Assembly (NCBI GenBank): GCA_025349965.1
Contig: CP075337.1
Location: forward strand, 30,001 to 62,000
From: Candidatus Saccharimonadota bacterium
GTDB taxonomy: Bacteria; Patescibacteriota; Saccharimonadia; Saccharimonadales; Saccharimonadaceae
Reading direction: 5' to 3'
Length of the DNA: 32,000 nt
Shown: positions 31,607-32,000 of the stretch, one piece after another
Numbering within the stretch: position 1 is the first letter of the stretch
How the letters are laid out: every line of letters starts with the position of its first letter
Notes under the pieces: generated by a model
What the model was told of the DNA's origin: nothing
The model's input: only the letters and a program-made list of their open reading frames with translations
Database searches by the model: none
Program-made: the position numbers and the translations under genes

Positions 31607-32000
31607 ATGGGGATGGTGCAAAGCATATTGCATTGGTATGACACAAAAACGTCCTGGTTAGAAAAAGCCTATGTATGGCTTTTGGCGGGGGTGCTTTTTG
31701 GTATTGTCCTTCATGCACCAATTTCAGTTGGCTTCGGAGCGCTTGCGCCAGATATCTCGCTGACTATTAAGTCATGGAAAGAGATCCTTCTTGGGCTAGC
31801 GGGGGTATTGCTCGTAGTTATTCTTACAACAAAAAAGCAATGGGGTATATTTCACTCTAAGCTTTTTTACTTTATTCTTGCCTTCGCGGGCATTAATCTG
31901 CTACTGGTGCCGGTTTTTTATACTGGGTTGGAGTCGACACTTGCTGGTTTGCTTATTAATCTACGCTATCTTTTCATGTTTGCGCTTGTATTTGCGGCCG
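31607..32000 (+). CDS. Polytopic membrane protein, N-terminal fragment running off the window (possibly O-antigen ligase/polymerase-like)
   Basis: Open frame from ATG 31607 to the window end: MGMVQSILHWYDTKTSWLEKAYVWLLAGVLFGIVLHAPISVGFGALAPD...LLVVILTT...FYFILAFAGINLLLVPVFY. It has at least 3 hydrophobic segments. It is absent from the ORF track because it is truncated. The functional guess rests on context only. Confidence 0.55.
   Translation, partial: MGMVQSILHWYDTKTSWLEKAYVWLLAGVLFGIVLHAPISVGFGALAPDISLTIKSWKEILLGLAGVLLVVILTTKKQWGIFHSKLFYFILAFAGINLLLVPVFYTGLESTLAGLLINLRYLFMFALVFAA

Noticed and set aside
1-32000. A search for defence systems, toxin-antitoxin pairs, secretion-system genes, tRNA/rRNA/ncRNA genes and prophage remnants
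   Set aside because: Every ORF of 140 aa or more is accounted for by origin, housekeeping, envelope-glycan or membrane proteins. The intergenic regions, apart from the origin regions, are 102 bp or shorter and show no tRNA-like or riboswitch-like structure that I could recognise by eye.

Overview
This window looks like the replication-origin region of a compact, AT-leaning bacterial genome. dnaA (-) is flanked on both sides by DnaA-box clusters, and rpmH-rnpA-yidC-jag runs divergently on the + strand. The usual origin-proximal genes (mnmE/mnmG/rsmG/parAB) do not follow jag. Instead, about 28 kb is given over almost entirely to cell-envelope glycoconjugate synthesis. That block holds six GT-B/GT4-type glycosyltransferases and a WbaP-type priming phosphoglycosyltransferase. 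It also holds a Wzm/Wzt ABC exporter, a CDP-polyol module (TarI/IspD-like cytidylyltransferase + SDR) with a LicD phosphotransferase, and two divergent GT2+GtrA (polyprenyl-phosphate-sugar) modules. Two adjacent large uncharacterised polytopic membrane proteins sit between them. GDP-mannose pathway genes are scattered (cupin-type PMI, GMP-only ManC, eukaryote-like HAD-IIB PMM). There is also an orphan, compositionally GC-rich rmlA, a membrane acyltransferase, an embedded sucCD pair, and a membrane-anchored surface protein with four recombining LGFP-type repeats. I saw no tRNA, rRNA, CRISPR array, transposase, integrase or recognisable defence genes. The gene order, tight packing and gene content suggest a reduced-genome lineage such as CPR/Saccharibacteria, but that assignment is only an inference. 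The most notable sequence-level signal is a recurrent TATACT/TACAAT/TACTAT hexamer 6-9 nt upstream of the start codon at nearly every transcription-unit head, which implies leaderless mRNAs. One case is a 21-bp intergenic region whose single palindrome AGTATACT could serve two divergent genes. The functional hypotheses worth testing are: an ABC-dependent glycan capped or built with polyol phosphate, with a coiled-coil LicD and a Wzt C-terminal binding domain; Gtr-like extracytoplasmic glycosylation using the two unknown membrane proteins; a succinyl-CoA supply for glycan acylation; and an LGFP adhesin or wall anchor.
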